NCBI GenBank assembly: GCA_951406725.2
Contig: OX597815.1
Span: forward strand, 136,648,001 to 136,712,000
Length of the DNA: 64,000 bases
Direction: 5' to 3'
Origin: Octopus vulgaris
Lineage: Eukaryota
Made by a program: the position numbers and the translations under genes. This document shows positions 26,343-39,116 of this stretch, in pieces (position 1 is the first letter of the stretch; every line of letters starts with the position of its first letter). Under the pieces are notes generated by a model. It was given only the letters and a program-made list of their open reading frames with translations, was not told where the DNA came from and did no database searches.

Positions 26343-27878
26343 CTTGTAGAAATACCTGGCGTTGCTTGAGTTAAGGAGAATAATGAAATCTAAAAACGCC
26401 ATCTAGATTGCGCAGGTCTCAACTGCTAGTAGCTGAAATACCAAACTTCTACATTAATAACTCTCCAGCCTATGGCAGCATAGAACATAGACATTAAGTG
26501 AAATGTTAAAAGAAAGATTTCAACTGATATGTGTATATAGAGTAAATACATGTTATACAAAAACACGTTTTGTATAGCTTATTTCGAAACCAAAAATAAG
26601 TACAGATTATGAAAAATGAAAGGCCGATTTTGGTGATTAATTTGACAGAGGTAGCAGAGATCCCATCCGATGATAACTCTGACCTTGAATCTTGAAAGTT
26701 TGCATTACTCCTGGCTCAGTTAAATCTCTTGTGGCTCCAAATGATGTCACCTGTAGTGCAGCGTTGTATTGCCTAATTTGTATTGGAAGTGCTTGGAATC
26801 TTGGTCAGTTGATGACAACAGTTTCTTCAATGGCTCGAGAGGCTTGGGATTGCAGGGAGTTTAACCTTTCCACCACTGCAGCACAGTGCAGGCGTCTCTC
26901 CAGGCCACTTCCTTGCTTTACAATGTATGCACTCAGTTGTCATTGTATCAACGGAAACTCTAGTGTCATCTGCATAATGAACTGAACTGCTGGATCATAA
27001 TTGAAAGCTGCTTCATAGACACTGTTTCTCTGAGCTTTTGCAACTGCTCTTCGTTTTGCAGTGGAGATCCTATTCCTTATCAGCCGTGCATACCTCTGTT
27101 CATCACTTTGAGATGCTCTAGCTTTTGTAGTGCACAGTCTGTTTGTTTCTTGGTATTCTTCCCTTTCTGCAGCTGTCTCCTTTTCCCTGGGCAGAAACAT
27201 TCTTTTGACTGACCTTGACATTGTAGACAAATTTGACACTATCTTTCTAGGTATGGTTATATACGTATACAGAAATACACGGGTGCAAAAAATATTAAAC
27301 AATGAAAAGAACTGGGTAACGGAAATTATATTTCTTAATACAACGGGCAAAAAGTAAATAAGAAATTTTTACGGAAAATGAAGAATTATACGGGTTGAAG
27401 CGAAATATGTCAGTGAACTAAATAGCTAGTATAGAAGGAACCAGAAAAAACCTTTAACAAGAGAAAAACACAGAACCATTGCAAAAGTAAATAAAGAATC
27501 TTTAAGGAAATTAACTAAGAGTATGGATTTAAGTCAAACTTTTGAAGTTACTTCTGTCAGTAAATCATCAATTTAGTTTTATCAGTAATTCCGTCAACAA
27601 GAAAAAAATCACAAAGTGTTGCAAAAGTAAATAAGAAATTTGTACGCAAATTTAACGAAGTGTAAGGATTGAAGTGAAATTTATGAACTTACTTCTATCA
27701 GTAAATTATGTATGAAATTACTTTCATCAGTATTTGTGAACTTCTTTCTGTCAGTAATTTGTCGTTGTTGTTTGTAAATAGCGACTGAAAACGTATAGTG
27801 AAAACAATAGCGAATGAAAGCAATATCGTCTGGAAAATTAAAGTGAAAACAATAGAAAGTGAGTGAGATATATAGAGA

Positions 27879-27919
<41 letters not shown>

Positions 27920-28390
27920 TTAGACAAATGAGATAGTTATAGATTGATAGGTACAGAGAAATAGACAAATATAGAGATAGCGATGGATAGACAGAAAGAT
28001 ATAGATAGAGAGAGATGGATAGATGGATATAGACAGACAGATGTAGGCGTCACTCACGCTAGAAAATCAGAAGTAAATATCTTTTTAACTTTCAAAGACG
28101 TGAATCTAATATAAAAAGCAATATTTTTAATGACCAATGGAAGTAAGGGAGACAATTTCTGAAAGTTACTTCGCAAAGAGTTACCTCCTTTCTCCATGGA
28201 CCCCAGGAAAGGGTATTTTCTGCCATTAGGGAGGGGGGTCTTATTCATGATGTGAACAATTTTAAGTGTCTAAAACCATCCCTGGAACATAAGTAATGTA
28301 TGTTCCCAGTTTGGAGAAAGTCAGTTGAAAAATACGGCCGTTATAATATTTTACACACAGAGACAAAACGGGATTTATATTCTATATATT
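26343..28390 (-). mobile_element. Internally deleted Helitron retaining the RepHel N-terminal region
   Basis: Charged helical repeat ..EAAFNYDP then ECIHCKARKWPGETPALCCSGGKVKLP (Helitron N-terminal Cys motif); decayed 3' hairpin CTCAAGCAACGCCAGG plus CAAG|T. Confidence 0.8.
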
Positions 28391-28560
28391 TTCTCTCTTT
28401 ATTTTCTCTCCTTGTTTCTTTCTGTGTTTATTTCTGTGGAAGAGTATAGGCCCGAAACGTTAAAGACTTTTTTTACTTCCCAAGCGTTAAACTAATACAT
28501 CTGTTTGTTGTCTACACCACCTGTCTTCGTCTTTTGTTGTTTTTTTTGTGAATTCTCCCT
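28390..28560 (+). mobile_element. (TA)n-anchored short element with degenerate hammerhead-like motif
   Basis: TTT-CTGTGGAAGA-G..C-GAAACGTT-AAA at 28431-28464; ends in (TA)n. Confidence 0.4.
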
Positions 28561-28809
28561 ATATATATATATATATATATTGTGATTGTTCGATGTGTAG
28601 ACAGGAAAAGAAATGACATGTGGAAAATGATCCAAAATTTATTGGCTAGTATATTTTGTTTGCTTTCTTAAGTTGTTCTTTTAGCTTCATATTTTTGTTA
28701 TGATTTCATTGCAACTTGGCACTAATATTCGCAAGTTCTCGCTTCACTTCAGTTCATTCTGAAATTCCCGTAATTCAACGGAAGTAGTAATGATAATAAT
28801 GATGAGTTC

Positions 28810-29410
28810 AAATTTTGGCATAGGGCTAGCAATTTCGAAGGAGGGAAATAGGATCTTATTTTATTGATCCCGAAAGGATGAAAGACAAACTTGACCTTAG
28901 TGAAAGTTGAACACAGAACATAATGACGAACGAAATATCGCTAATATTTTCAGCAGCTTGCTAACGATGCTAACTCATTCTAGCACAAGGCCTGAAATTT
29001 GAGGTGGTGGGGACAAGCCGATTACATCAAACCCAGTATTACACTTGTACTTAATACATCGACTCCAAAATGATGAAAGGCAAAGACGACCTCGGCGGAA
29101 TTTAAACTCAGAACACAGCGACAGATGACATACCACAAAGTGTTTCACCCGGCGTACTAATGACTCTGACAGGTCACCGCCTAGTAGTAACAATAATCCT
29201 TTCTACTGGAAACACAAGTCTCAAATGTGGGGAAAGAGATTAAGTCGATTACATCAACCCCAGTGCGTAACTGGTACTAATTTTATCGATCCCAAAAAGA
29301 CGAAAGGCAAATCGACCTCGGCGGAATTTACACTCAGAACGTAATGACACACGAAACACTGCTAAGCATTTCGCTCGATGTGATAACGATTCTGTCAGCT
29401 TGCCACCTTG
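28810..29410 (-). mobile_element. Three tandem SINE family B copies
   Basis: Units about 28810-28975, 28975-29180 and 29195-29410, same orientation, diverged from each other. Confidence 0.85.
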
Positions 29411-29439
29411 CCTTGTTGTAGTAACGATAAGTATTCTTC

Positions 29440-29820
29440 TTGGATCTACGAAATAGCTAAAATACAACACACAAAGGAAAGGGAAAATTAGTAGAGGATT
29501 CAAAAGAAGAGTTAAACCAATATTCAATACTGAGCTCAATGCTAAAATTAAGATGATAGGGATAAACACGCTAGCTATACCAGTCATAAATTACAGCTTA
29601 AACAAAATAAAGTAGAATATTAATGAATTGAGAAACTTAGAAACGTTAGCAAAATATTAATAGAAATCAGAAGACCACCCCAAAGCAGTTACAGGCAGAA
29701 TATATCTACCACTGCTCAGAAAGATGGGAGGGCCTGACACAAAAGGGAGCTGTATAAAATAAGAACAGTTGGACGAGAAAATACTTAGAAAAATGGAAGA
29801 CGGCAACACTGAAAAAAGAA

Positions 29821-29876
<56 letters not shown>

Positions 29877-30710
29877 CTCAAAGAGGTGACGAAATACAAA
29901 AAAGAAACAAACTACACTGAATCACTGATCTCAGATAACAAAATAGAAGAAATAGCCGAAGAGACAAAAAACATGAAAACAGAACTATAAAACATACTAA
30001 AGAAAATAGCTTCTTGGATAATACCCATCAAGGCTCGATAGAGAAGACGTGAGTTTAAGTAAAAACCAATATTGGCTCGGGATTAGAAGGAGAAACGGAA
30101 AGACTGATCTTCGCTGCTCAAGAACAATTCCTGAACACGAACAACTACAAAAGCAAAGTAATGAAAACTGGCCCATAAAAAATGCAGAATGAGCAACCAG
30201 TAAACCACATTATCTCTGGCTGTCCAGTTCTAAGCAAATCTGAATATATATATATATATATACAGCTTCACCGAGTGAGTTGTTATATCCACTGGCCAAT
30301 ATGCCAACAAAACATCATAAAAAACTAACAAGACATGATATAAATATATTGCAAGCAAGGTACATGACAAAAACCATCTGAAGTATACCTGTTGAAACTG
30401 ACAAAGAAATCTAATTTCCCAGACATGATAATCAACGACTGGAAACAAAAACACCTGCTTATTGATAGACATTGCAGTCTTTTCTGGGCAGAATATTACC
30501 CTAAAAAGAGTGGAGAAACAAAGGCCTCGAATTTGAAGTATGTAAAGCATAAACATGAAAATAAGATCATTAATACCTGGAGCACTTAGTATGATAAAAA
30601 CGTATGAAGAAAAACAATGAATCTATACCTGTACCCTCAACTCTACAAACTATCAGAAAACATAGCCCCATAGTGAAAGGCCACATCCTCTATAAGACCC
30701 TATAACTTCA
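29440..30710 (+). mobile_element. Decayed RLE-type non-LTR retrotransposon
   Basis: DHPKAVTGRIYLP, LEGETERLIFAAQEQFLNTNNYK, VNHIISGCPVL, FPDMII; homologous to 14956-16132. Confidence 0.85.
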
Positions 30711-30848
30711 ATAGTACAACGCGAATAGAACAATACACAAATATAAGACGCATTCTATACGGCAAATATCCAATAAAATAAACAAACACCACATGCACTC
30801 TATAGACCAGGTACACAACAGATCAACACAACTCGCATTACACACACG

Positions 30849-30891
<43 letters not shown>

Positions 30892-31065
30892 CAAACAAAC
30901 AATGCAGATACCAATACAAGGCAGGACTGCAACCAAACTGCATAATAAGGCAAAGTAATGAAATGCAATACCGGGAATATTTTGCACATATTCCAGCAAC
31001 AAAAAAGAATACATAATGCTGCGCGGAGCTCAGTAACACGGGGATGAAACGGGTGGCGCTGTGAA

Positions 31066-31127
<62 letters not shown>

Positions 31128-31129
<2 letters not shown>

Positions 31130-31340
31130 GTTTCAAATTTTGCCACAAGGGAAGCCATTTTCGGGGAGGGGCTAGTCAATTACATCGACCGCAGTGTTTC
31201 ACTGGTACTTAATTTATCGACACCAAAAGGATGAAAGGCTAAAGCGACCTCGGCGGAATTTGAACCCAGAACGTAAAGACGGACGAAATGCCGCTAAGTA
31301 CTTTGCCCGGCCTGCTAACGATTTTGACAGCACACCACCT
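31128..31340 (-). mobile_element. SINE family B between (TAA)n/(TGA)n tracts
   Basis: B box GGTTCAAATTCC on minus strand, central CCTTTCATCCTTTTGGTGTCGATAAATTAAGTACC. Confidence 0.9.
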
Positions 31341-31345
31341 TAATA

Positions 31346-31415
<70 letters not shown>

Positions 31416-31464
31416 TAATAATAATAATAATAATAATAACATCGAAAAATACCTTAGGAAGGAG

Positions 31465-31507
31465 AACCCTGAAGAAGGCTGGAGAGTATATCAGCCGAAA
31501 CGTTGTT
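31465..31507 (+). ncRNA. Hammerhead-like motif, weak stem I
   Basis: CTGAAGA-a-GGCTG-gagagtatat-CAGCC-GAAACGTT; stem I only AAC/GTT with a bulge. Confidence 0.5.
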
Positions 31508-31569
31508 AACAGCAAACAAGATGAGGACAAATATCCGTCGAATGTAAATAATGTAAATAATGTAAACTA

Positions 31570-31905
31570 TACTGGATCAAAGATATAGCATGCCCAGCTG
31601 ACAACAACGTATGCGATAAGGAAGAAAGAAATGTCGAGAGATATGACAAGTTAGCTTGGGAAGTTAAGCAGTTGTGGTCGATGAAAATGGTTGCAGTAGT
31701 ACCAATAATTGTCGGAGCCTTGGGAACAGTGAGCAAAAATCTCGAGAAGTTCGTAGAACAAATAAGGGCTGCAATAAGGGTGGAACACTTGCAGAAAGCA
31801 GCACTGCTTGGAACCGCTCGAAAAATAAGATGTGTTACTTTAGTTCACTGGTAGTGAACAGCTGACACTGTAATACATCTCCAGCGTTAGTAGCTGTGCA
31901 AAGGC
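31570..31905 (+). mobile_element. 3' fragment of an RLE non-LTR element ending in (TAA)n
   Basis: IACPADNNVCDKEE..RYDKLAWEVKQLW..VVPIIVGALGTV..LQKAALLGTA. Confidence 0.9.
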
Positions 31906-31951
<46 letters not shown>

Positions 31952-32775
31952 GTAACAATGAGCAACGTAAACTAAGAATCATCAGGTTCTTAAGTGTCGT
32001 TCAATTGTCCCAAATTCAAAGAAATCTTTCGGCGACTTATCAATATCGTTGCAAATAAATCCATTATCTCAGAAACTAATACTCCCGTATTCTTAGTGAC
32101 TGATAACTTCATGAATCCGTAACAAATTGTTAATCTCAATAAAATCCCTACCTTCTAATGTAAGGAGTTTATTTGTCTTGGTTCAATTGAGATAATGATG
32201 ATATTAAAGATCAAAATGTCCATCTTATGAATTAATCTCTTTCAAATAGCAGCATTCAACATCCTCATGTGAGATTTCTAAAGCAGATATTATCCAGCTA
32301 AATACATTTTGTCCCTTAAACACACAAAATGAATCCCATCACGACATTGTTGTCTCGTGCGATAACCATCACTAGTGAATAATAGCAAAGGTTGTATCCT
32401 TCCTTTGCTCGATCCATCGAGAAATTAAATATACTGCTAAGCTGTACTATTTAGTAAAATTATAAATCTCTATGCAAATCAAAGTGTGATAACACAACGA
32501 TGCATTCTAAAAATTTATCTAAATTTCGATAACAAATCCCGACATTATTAAATTGAATAAACAACTTGACACTCAGGATCAAGCGTGTACTGAAACACTC
32601 ACTTCCTCACATCACATACTACTATATCATGTTGCAGTTTGTAATATCGTCAAATAACACAAAAGACACCAACACTTTATATATCCATCTGCAAATCTAT
32701 CTGTGTGCCTATGTGTCCTTCTCTCTGTACACATATAGAAATGTACATAAATTATTTAAATATATTCATGTATAT

Positions 32776-32854
<79 letters not shown>

Positions 32855-33051
32855 GCACTTTTAATTTTCTTCATATATCGTTTTTTATTTACTGATATTT
32901 TTAATAGCCCCCCCCCACTCACCAATATAATTTATTCAATTACATGAAACTCAAATGAAACATGCGATTGTTTTAAATTCACCGTCTTTCATATTTCTTT
33001 AGCTACTAAACTCTAAGATCAATTACTTGTGTGCCTTATCAGGCACATTAA

Positions 33052-33269
33052 AAAATAAAAAGTACACGTAGTATTACCCATTATAATAGGTTTATCATAT
33101 CTCTTTGAAAAGGTATATTTGTATAAAGGTTCATTGGATTTCAGTGCTGAGTGGTGGTGCAGTATGGGCAGAATTTTGAAATCCAATCAACCTTTATACA
33201 AATATACCTTTTCAAAAAGATATGATAAACCTATTATAATGGGTAATACTACGTGTACTTTTTATTTTG
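33052..33269. repeat. Foldback inverted repeat (about 92-bp arms, 33-bp spacer)
   Basis: 33052-33143 is the reverse complement of 33177-33269 with few mismatches. Confidence 0.9.
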
Positions 33270-33511
33270 TGATGTAATCTTTCGACTAACAATATTTGCG
33301 GCTACAGAGAGCTTTAAACCATCTTTTATATCAATAATATACCTATGCTGATGTAACAACAGATTGTTTATGAAGCTTGAAACACATGTGCCGCAATATC
33401 CTTTGTGTTCTGTTTTTAATTTTTGTGTAAACATTACGTTACGGGGACGTAAACGCACCATCATCGGCACAGACACACAAATACAAACAGACACACACAC
33501 ACATATATATA

Positions 33512-35297
33512 TCAGATCATCCCATAAGTTCTGTCCGATTTTAAAAACTGATTCAAATTTAATAGTACAGGGGCAGGCAAAAAGATCTGACACATTTGTA
33601 GGTTAAATAAAAGGCATTGTTTTTCGTTTCTTTTTCAGTTGCTGCCATGAATTGGACTGGTGAGCATCGCGCTTTCATTGTGGAAACGTTTATCAAAACA
33701 AACGATTCTGTAACTGTAACACAAAGAGCGTTCCGTTTGCACTTCAATCTTGGTAGACATGATCCCGTACCAGCTCGAAACATGATCTTGTTATGGGTTA
33801 CCAACTTCAGAGCTACTGGATCTGCATTGAAACGAAAATCAACCGGCCGACCTCGCACCACCAGAACTTAAGGATGCAATTCGTCAAGAAATTACTGCCA
33901 TTCCACATGAAATGACCCGCCGAGTTATTGACAACTTTCGTGAACGCCTTCGACAGTGTGTGGACAATAATGGATCCCATTTGACTGATTTAATTTTTAA
34001 AACATAATGATAAAAAATGGCATTATATGTACTTTTCAAAAATAAAAACACTTTTTTGTTTCTTTACTTCATTTGCCTTTTATTTAACCTACAAATGTGT
34101 CAGATCATTTTGCCTGACCCTGTATTTTAGAATAACGGAATAAAAAAATGTTTATGCATTTGTGTAAATTTAAACTAATTAAATATTATTTTACAGAATT
34201 ATAGAATTAAAATTTCTCTTATTAAGACCATTTCTAACATGGAAGTATCCAAAGAGCATTTGAGGTACATAATGCTTTATGAGTACAAAAAAGGAAACAC
34301 TTCAGCCGAAGCGTCTCGAAGCATACACTCAGTTTATTGGAAAGAATGCTTGAATGACAGAACTTGCAGAAGATGGTTTGCAAAATTCAGAAGTGGAGAT
34401 TTCAGCCTTAAAAATGAAAATCGAACACGACGTCCAGTTGAGTTTGATAAGTTCCCTGAGACATTAGTTGAAGAAAATCCTGCATTATCAGTTGAAGAAT
34501 TGGCAACAAAGCTTAGTTCAAACCATACAACTTTGCATCGTCATCTTCAATAACTTGGAAAGGTTCATAAACTTGGAAAATCGGTGCCTCATGAATTGTC
34601 CAAAAGCAACCGCAAATTCCGAGTTGACATCTGCTCTTCTCTCCATTCTCGCGAAATTATTTCGCCATTTTTGGATAGACTTGTGGCTGGTGAGGAAAAT
34701 GGATATTCTATCGAAATGTTAAACGTTGTAAGCATTGACTTGATAAAAGGGCAAAAGCTCAAACGCAACAGAGAAGAGAACTTCATGCGAAAAAGGTTCT
34801 TCTGTCTATCAGGTGGGATTGCAAAGGAGTAATTTGCACCTAATTCAACAATCAATGCTCAAGTCTACTGTCAACAATTAGAGCGTTTGAACCAAACTTT
34901 GAAGAAAAAAGACCTGCTTTAGTGAAGCGAAAAGCAGTGATGTTTCATCAGGACAATGCGCGACCCCACACAACAAAGATCACATCACAAAAGATCGAAG
35001 AGCTTGGCTGGGAAAAAAATTCCTCATCCACTTTATTCTCTCGACCTTGCTCCTTAAGACTACCATATGTTTCGTAGTTTACAGAATCATTTGTGGGATA
35101 TAATTTTCACAAGACAGGAGAAGGTCACACTGCCATTTCAGAGTTCTTCGCTTTGAAACGAAAAGAGTTTTACATTGATAGATGGAAGTGAGTCATAGAT
35201 AATCAGGGAAAGTACATTGATGATTACATTTCAATTAAATATAACATTTATTGTAATTATTGTAATTTATTGTAATTAGGACAGAACTTATGGGATG

Positions 35298-35303
<6 letters not shown>
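33512..35303 (+). mobile_element. Mariner transposon, frameshifted transposase from 34239 to about 35190
   Basis: TIRs TCAGATCATCCCATAAGTTCTGTCC / GGACAGAACTTATGGGATGACCTTA, TA flanks; WFAKFRSGDFSL, HQDNARPH, YSLDLAP*DYHMF. Confidence 0.95.
33568..34122 (+). mobile_element. Internally deleted Tc1/mariner-superfamily element nested in the mariner
   Basis: About 48-bp TIRs CAGGGGCAGGCAAAAAGATCTGACACATTTGTAGG, TA TSD; HTH MNWTGEHRAF..STGRPRT joined to C-terminal LKDAIRQEI..RLRQCVDNNGSHL. Confidence 0.9.
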
Positions 35304-35368
<65 letters not shown>

Positions 35369-35421
35369 GTTTATATATTTATTATGCAAGATTTTTTATG
35401 TGAAGTCGTGTGTTGAAACAG

Positions 35422-35532
35422 ATATTGTTATATTTCGGAATGGTCATTTCGCTAGTTTAGCCAAAGTAACACCAAATATATAGTGCGTGTGTTTTTATTG
35501 GCTAAACTGGCAAAATGACCATTCCGAAATAT

Positions 35533-35540
<8 letters not shown>
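35422..35540. repeat. Inverted repeat (43-bp arms) between (TA)n tracts
   Basis: 35422-35464 versus 35498-35540. Confidence 0.85.
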
Positions 35541-35604
<64 letters not shown>

Positions 35605-35649
35605 TCCAGCATGGCCACACCGCTCCTGAGCTGAAAATAGATGAAATGA

Positions 35650-35815
35650 AATATACGACGGGCTTCTTTGAGATTCCAGCTACCAAATCCACTCACAAGT
35701 CTTTGGTCGGCCCTAGGCCAAACAAGAAAACACTCTCCCAAGATGTCACGCAACAGGACTGAACTCGGAATCATGTGGTTGGTAAGCAAGCACGTACCAC
35801 ACAGCCAGTCCTGCG
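35650..35815 (-). mobile_element. SINE family A 5' half
   Basis: Reverse complement of the 24000-24170 head. Confidence 0.85.
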
Positions 35816-35861
35816 CCTCTAAAATACATTGCTCCTGGAATCGCTGGGATATATATATATA

Positions 35862-35963
<102 letters not shown>

Positions 35964-36056
35964 ATGTGTGTAACACTAGGTCTAGATTTTGTGTAAGATG
36001 CAAATCACTTAGCAAAATGTCCTACCGCGTCCAGATTTTGGTTTTAATCGTTTTTA

Positions 36057-36261
36057 CCCTTTCATTACCAAACCGGCTGAAACCGGCTCTGACTCAAGTA
36101 CAAATGTCTTGTTTTCATAAGTTTCTTCCACCAAACCTTAGTCACAATTTATGTTTCTAACACTAGCTGAACGAGAACTAAGTTATTTTACTAAATTCTT
36201 TGTGATATTTAAAATAATTGAAAGAAACACAGAGCATCTCAGAAATATAGTAACGAAAGGG
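36057..36261. mobile_element. piggyBac-like MITE
   Basis: TIR CCCTTTCATTAC / GTAACGAAAGGG flanked by TTTA/TTAA. Confidence 0.7.
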
Positions 36262-36573
36262 TTAATGCCAGTAATATGAAACTTGCTTTTCAAGGTTAAA
36301 GCAAATTTTCTTTACCAACTGTATACAAATTCTAACGACTTTGATTAATAAAATTACCTCGAGTTGACAACACCGAATCAAGAGCATAGTAACGGCCCAA
36401 CGCTACGTGACAGTCAAGTAGAACGGATGTTGAAGCTCTCTGCTGGTAAGCAAGTAAGAAGCTGTGTGTTTTTATAGCATTTGCTTTGTACTACAGAGTG
36501 TATTTCTTTTTATTTTGTACATTGTAATCATTACTTTCTACGTTTTTTTTAAAGATATGTTATAGTAATTAAA

Positions 36574-38170
36574 ATGCAATCAAATAGACGTGCGTGTGGA
36601 AATCACATAGGCAATTTCTACTATAGCTGTAGACAATATACACCTAAGCCACAACGCAGAAACATAACAAAAATTAAACGTGCCTTCAAGTATTATTTTG
36701 ACGTTAAGTTAGGAGTTAATGTGAGGTGCTGGGAACCACGTACCTGCTGCACAGAGTGCTATGCAATGCTAATAGCTTCGATGAATCGTAAAAGAATATC
36801 TATGCCTTTCTCAGAACCCATGGTTTGCGAGAGCCGAAAAATCACATCACTGATTATTTTTGACAACGAAAATCAAGTGAAAAAATAATGTGCCCAAACT
36901 GCGAATCAGCAATAAACTAGTAACACATGACGGAACAACTCCACCACCAGTTCCAACGGCAACGATTAGAGACACCAATTCACCTGAAGATTTTGAAATT
37001 GATATAGAAATAAGGAAAGCTGGCGTATATATTTCAGATGCGACTAGCTCCCTACAGTTGTTAGGTGAAATGGTGTTCAATGAGTTAGTTTACGATTTGG
37101 AATTATCATCAGTAAAGGCGGAATTGCTGATTCCAGACTTCAAGAATGGAATTTTCTGCAGCCAAACATCAAAGTTCACTATTTACAGTTTTCACCGCCA
37201 TCGCCATTTGCAGTTTTTATTATTTTACTAACAGAAGGAAAATGTTTGTTTCTGCCACGATATCAGTGACTTGGTGGATTGGCTTTCGCTATGATCCAAA
37301 AGAATGGAAACTGTTCATTGACTATAGTAAAGCTAGCCTTATGGCTGTATTACTCTCATAACGGCAATGAAAAACCTTCGATATCTCTAGCATATGTCAT
37401 TGGCCTTAATGACACTTATGAACCAATGGAACTACTGCTAAGACTCATCAAATGTAAAGACTACATATGGAATATTTGTGGTGACCTTAAAGTTGTATCA
37501 TTATTTCTTAGGTTACAGTTGGGATACACAAAGCATATGTGCTTTTTGTGTCTATGGAACAGCAGAGATGACAAGAACAACCACAAAAAAAATTATTGGT
37601 CATCTCGGACTGAACATGTTGGTAAACACAATGTGAAATAACCCTGCAGTTATTGACTTCACATTAAACTTGGCCTTACGAAAAATTGCGTGAAGTGTAT
37701 GGATCATCAGGGTAGTGATTTTCAACATTTAAAGGATAAATTCCAAGGAATATTAACAGATGCTAAGTTGGAGTTTTCACTCGACTACAAATGGGCAGTC
37801 ATACCCGAGTCATCGTTTCAATCTAATCTAAATGAGAATGAACTAGGAGCATGAGCATGCCGTTCTTGTTGAAGTTGTCAAAAACTGTTTTGGAACCCAC
37901 AAAGCTGAAAACCACCGTGAGCTTATGGAAATCAAGTTTAAATCTTACGAAAAACTGGGATGCAGAATGTCTTTGAAAATGCATTTTTTATATTCTTATC
38001 TCGACTTCTTCCTGGCCAACCTTGGGGCTGGGAGTGAAGAACATGGTGAGCGCTTCCTGTAACAGATCTCAGTTATGGAAAAACCATACCAAATATGGTG
38101 GGAGATTACTGTTGGTTCCTGAAGGAGAGTTCGTCATCCTACAAGCGACAAAGGAAGAGGAAGCACCAAA
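36574..38170 (+). pseudogene. Decayed DNA transposase, Chapaev3-like (CMC group)
   Basis: YFDVKLG..WEPRTCCTEC, EWKLFIDYSKASLMAVLL/HNGNEKPSI, WNICGDLKVV..GYTKHMCFLCLWNSR, LHIKLGL, MSLKMHFL..LDFF..GAGSEEHGERF, DYCW; family name from recall. Confidence 0.75.
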
Positions 38171-39029
38171 GTTTTACTTAAGAACAGGAAGTTGCCTTTA
38201 GATAGAGACAACAAAATACTAACGCGCTTTAGGTTGATAGTTGGGCGCAAGGTTGGTATATCCGACAGCAGAATTCTTCCTCCTTTATTCTGTCTTAAGC
38301 TAGAATAAAGAAAAAGAGAAAACCCTATTCACTAATTATATTTAAGTATGCTTAACATAAAACGTGGCACGGAAAAGTAGCTTAGGCGGCTTTCGTAATA
38401 GAAGCGGATGAGAAAAAATGTAAAATAGGAGGTTTCGGTTTCACACAAAATCTGAATGGAGAAATTTAGACATCAGATCTGAAATAAGTATCAGAAATTT
38501 TGTAGGAATCAGTGGTTTTCGTGTCTGTTATTAAACAAGTTGAAATTTAAATCGTATACAAGATACTTAATATAAATATTTAATATATTTAAGTAAATAA
38601 CGTGTAAGTAAAAGACAATTTAGGCTTTGGCATCGGGAATTGAGTTGATAAGCTTTAACTTCATATATATCACTACACTTCGACGAGTGATTGGCTCTCT
38701 CGTAATCCCAAGAGGTACAAGCACCTCTTGTTCTTATCCAGTGCCTTTTTACAACTAGTGTAATATATGGTGAAACATAAATATAACATCTAGATACATA
38801 TTTGTTCATCACTATGACGTATTGGGACTATACTTATCGATGCAAGGCTATAAATCTTACACCATTATGTAATATATATATATATATACCTGCACATGTG
38901 TGTTTGAGTCTGTGAATATATGTACATATATAGATAGACAGATAGACAGACAGGCAGGCAGATTGGCAATCAGACAAAGAGACAGGTAGACAGGCAGACA
39001 GACAGATAGATAGATAGATAGATAGATAC

Positions 39030-39116
<87 letters not shown>

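Noticed and set aside
28810-29410. Regularly recurring units as a CRISPR-like array
   Set aside because: Units are about 200-bp diverged SINEs in eukaryotic DNA, with no repeat-spacer structure or cas genes
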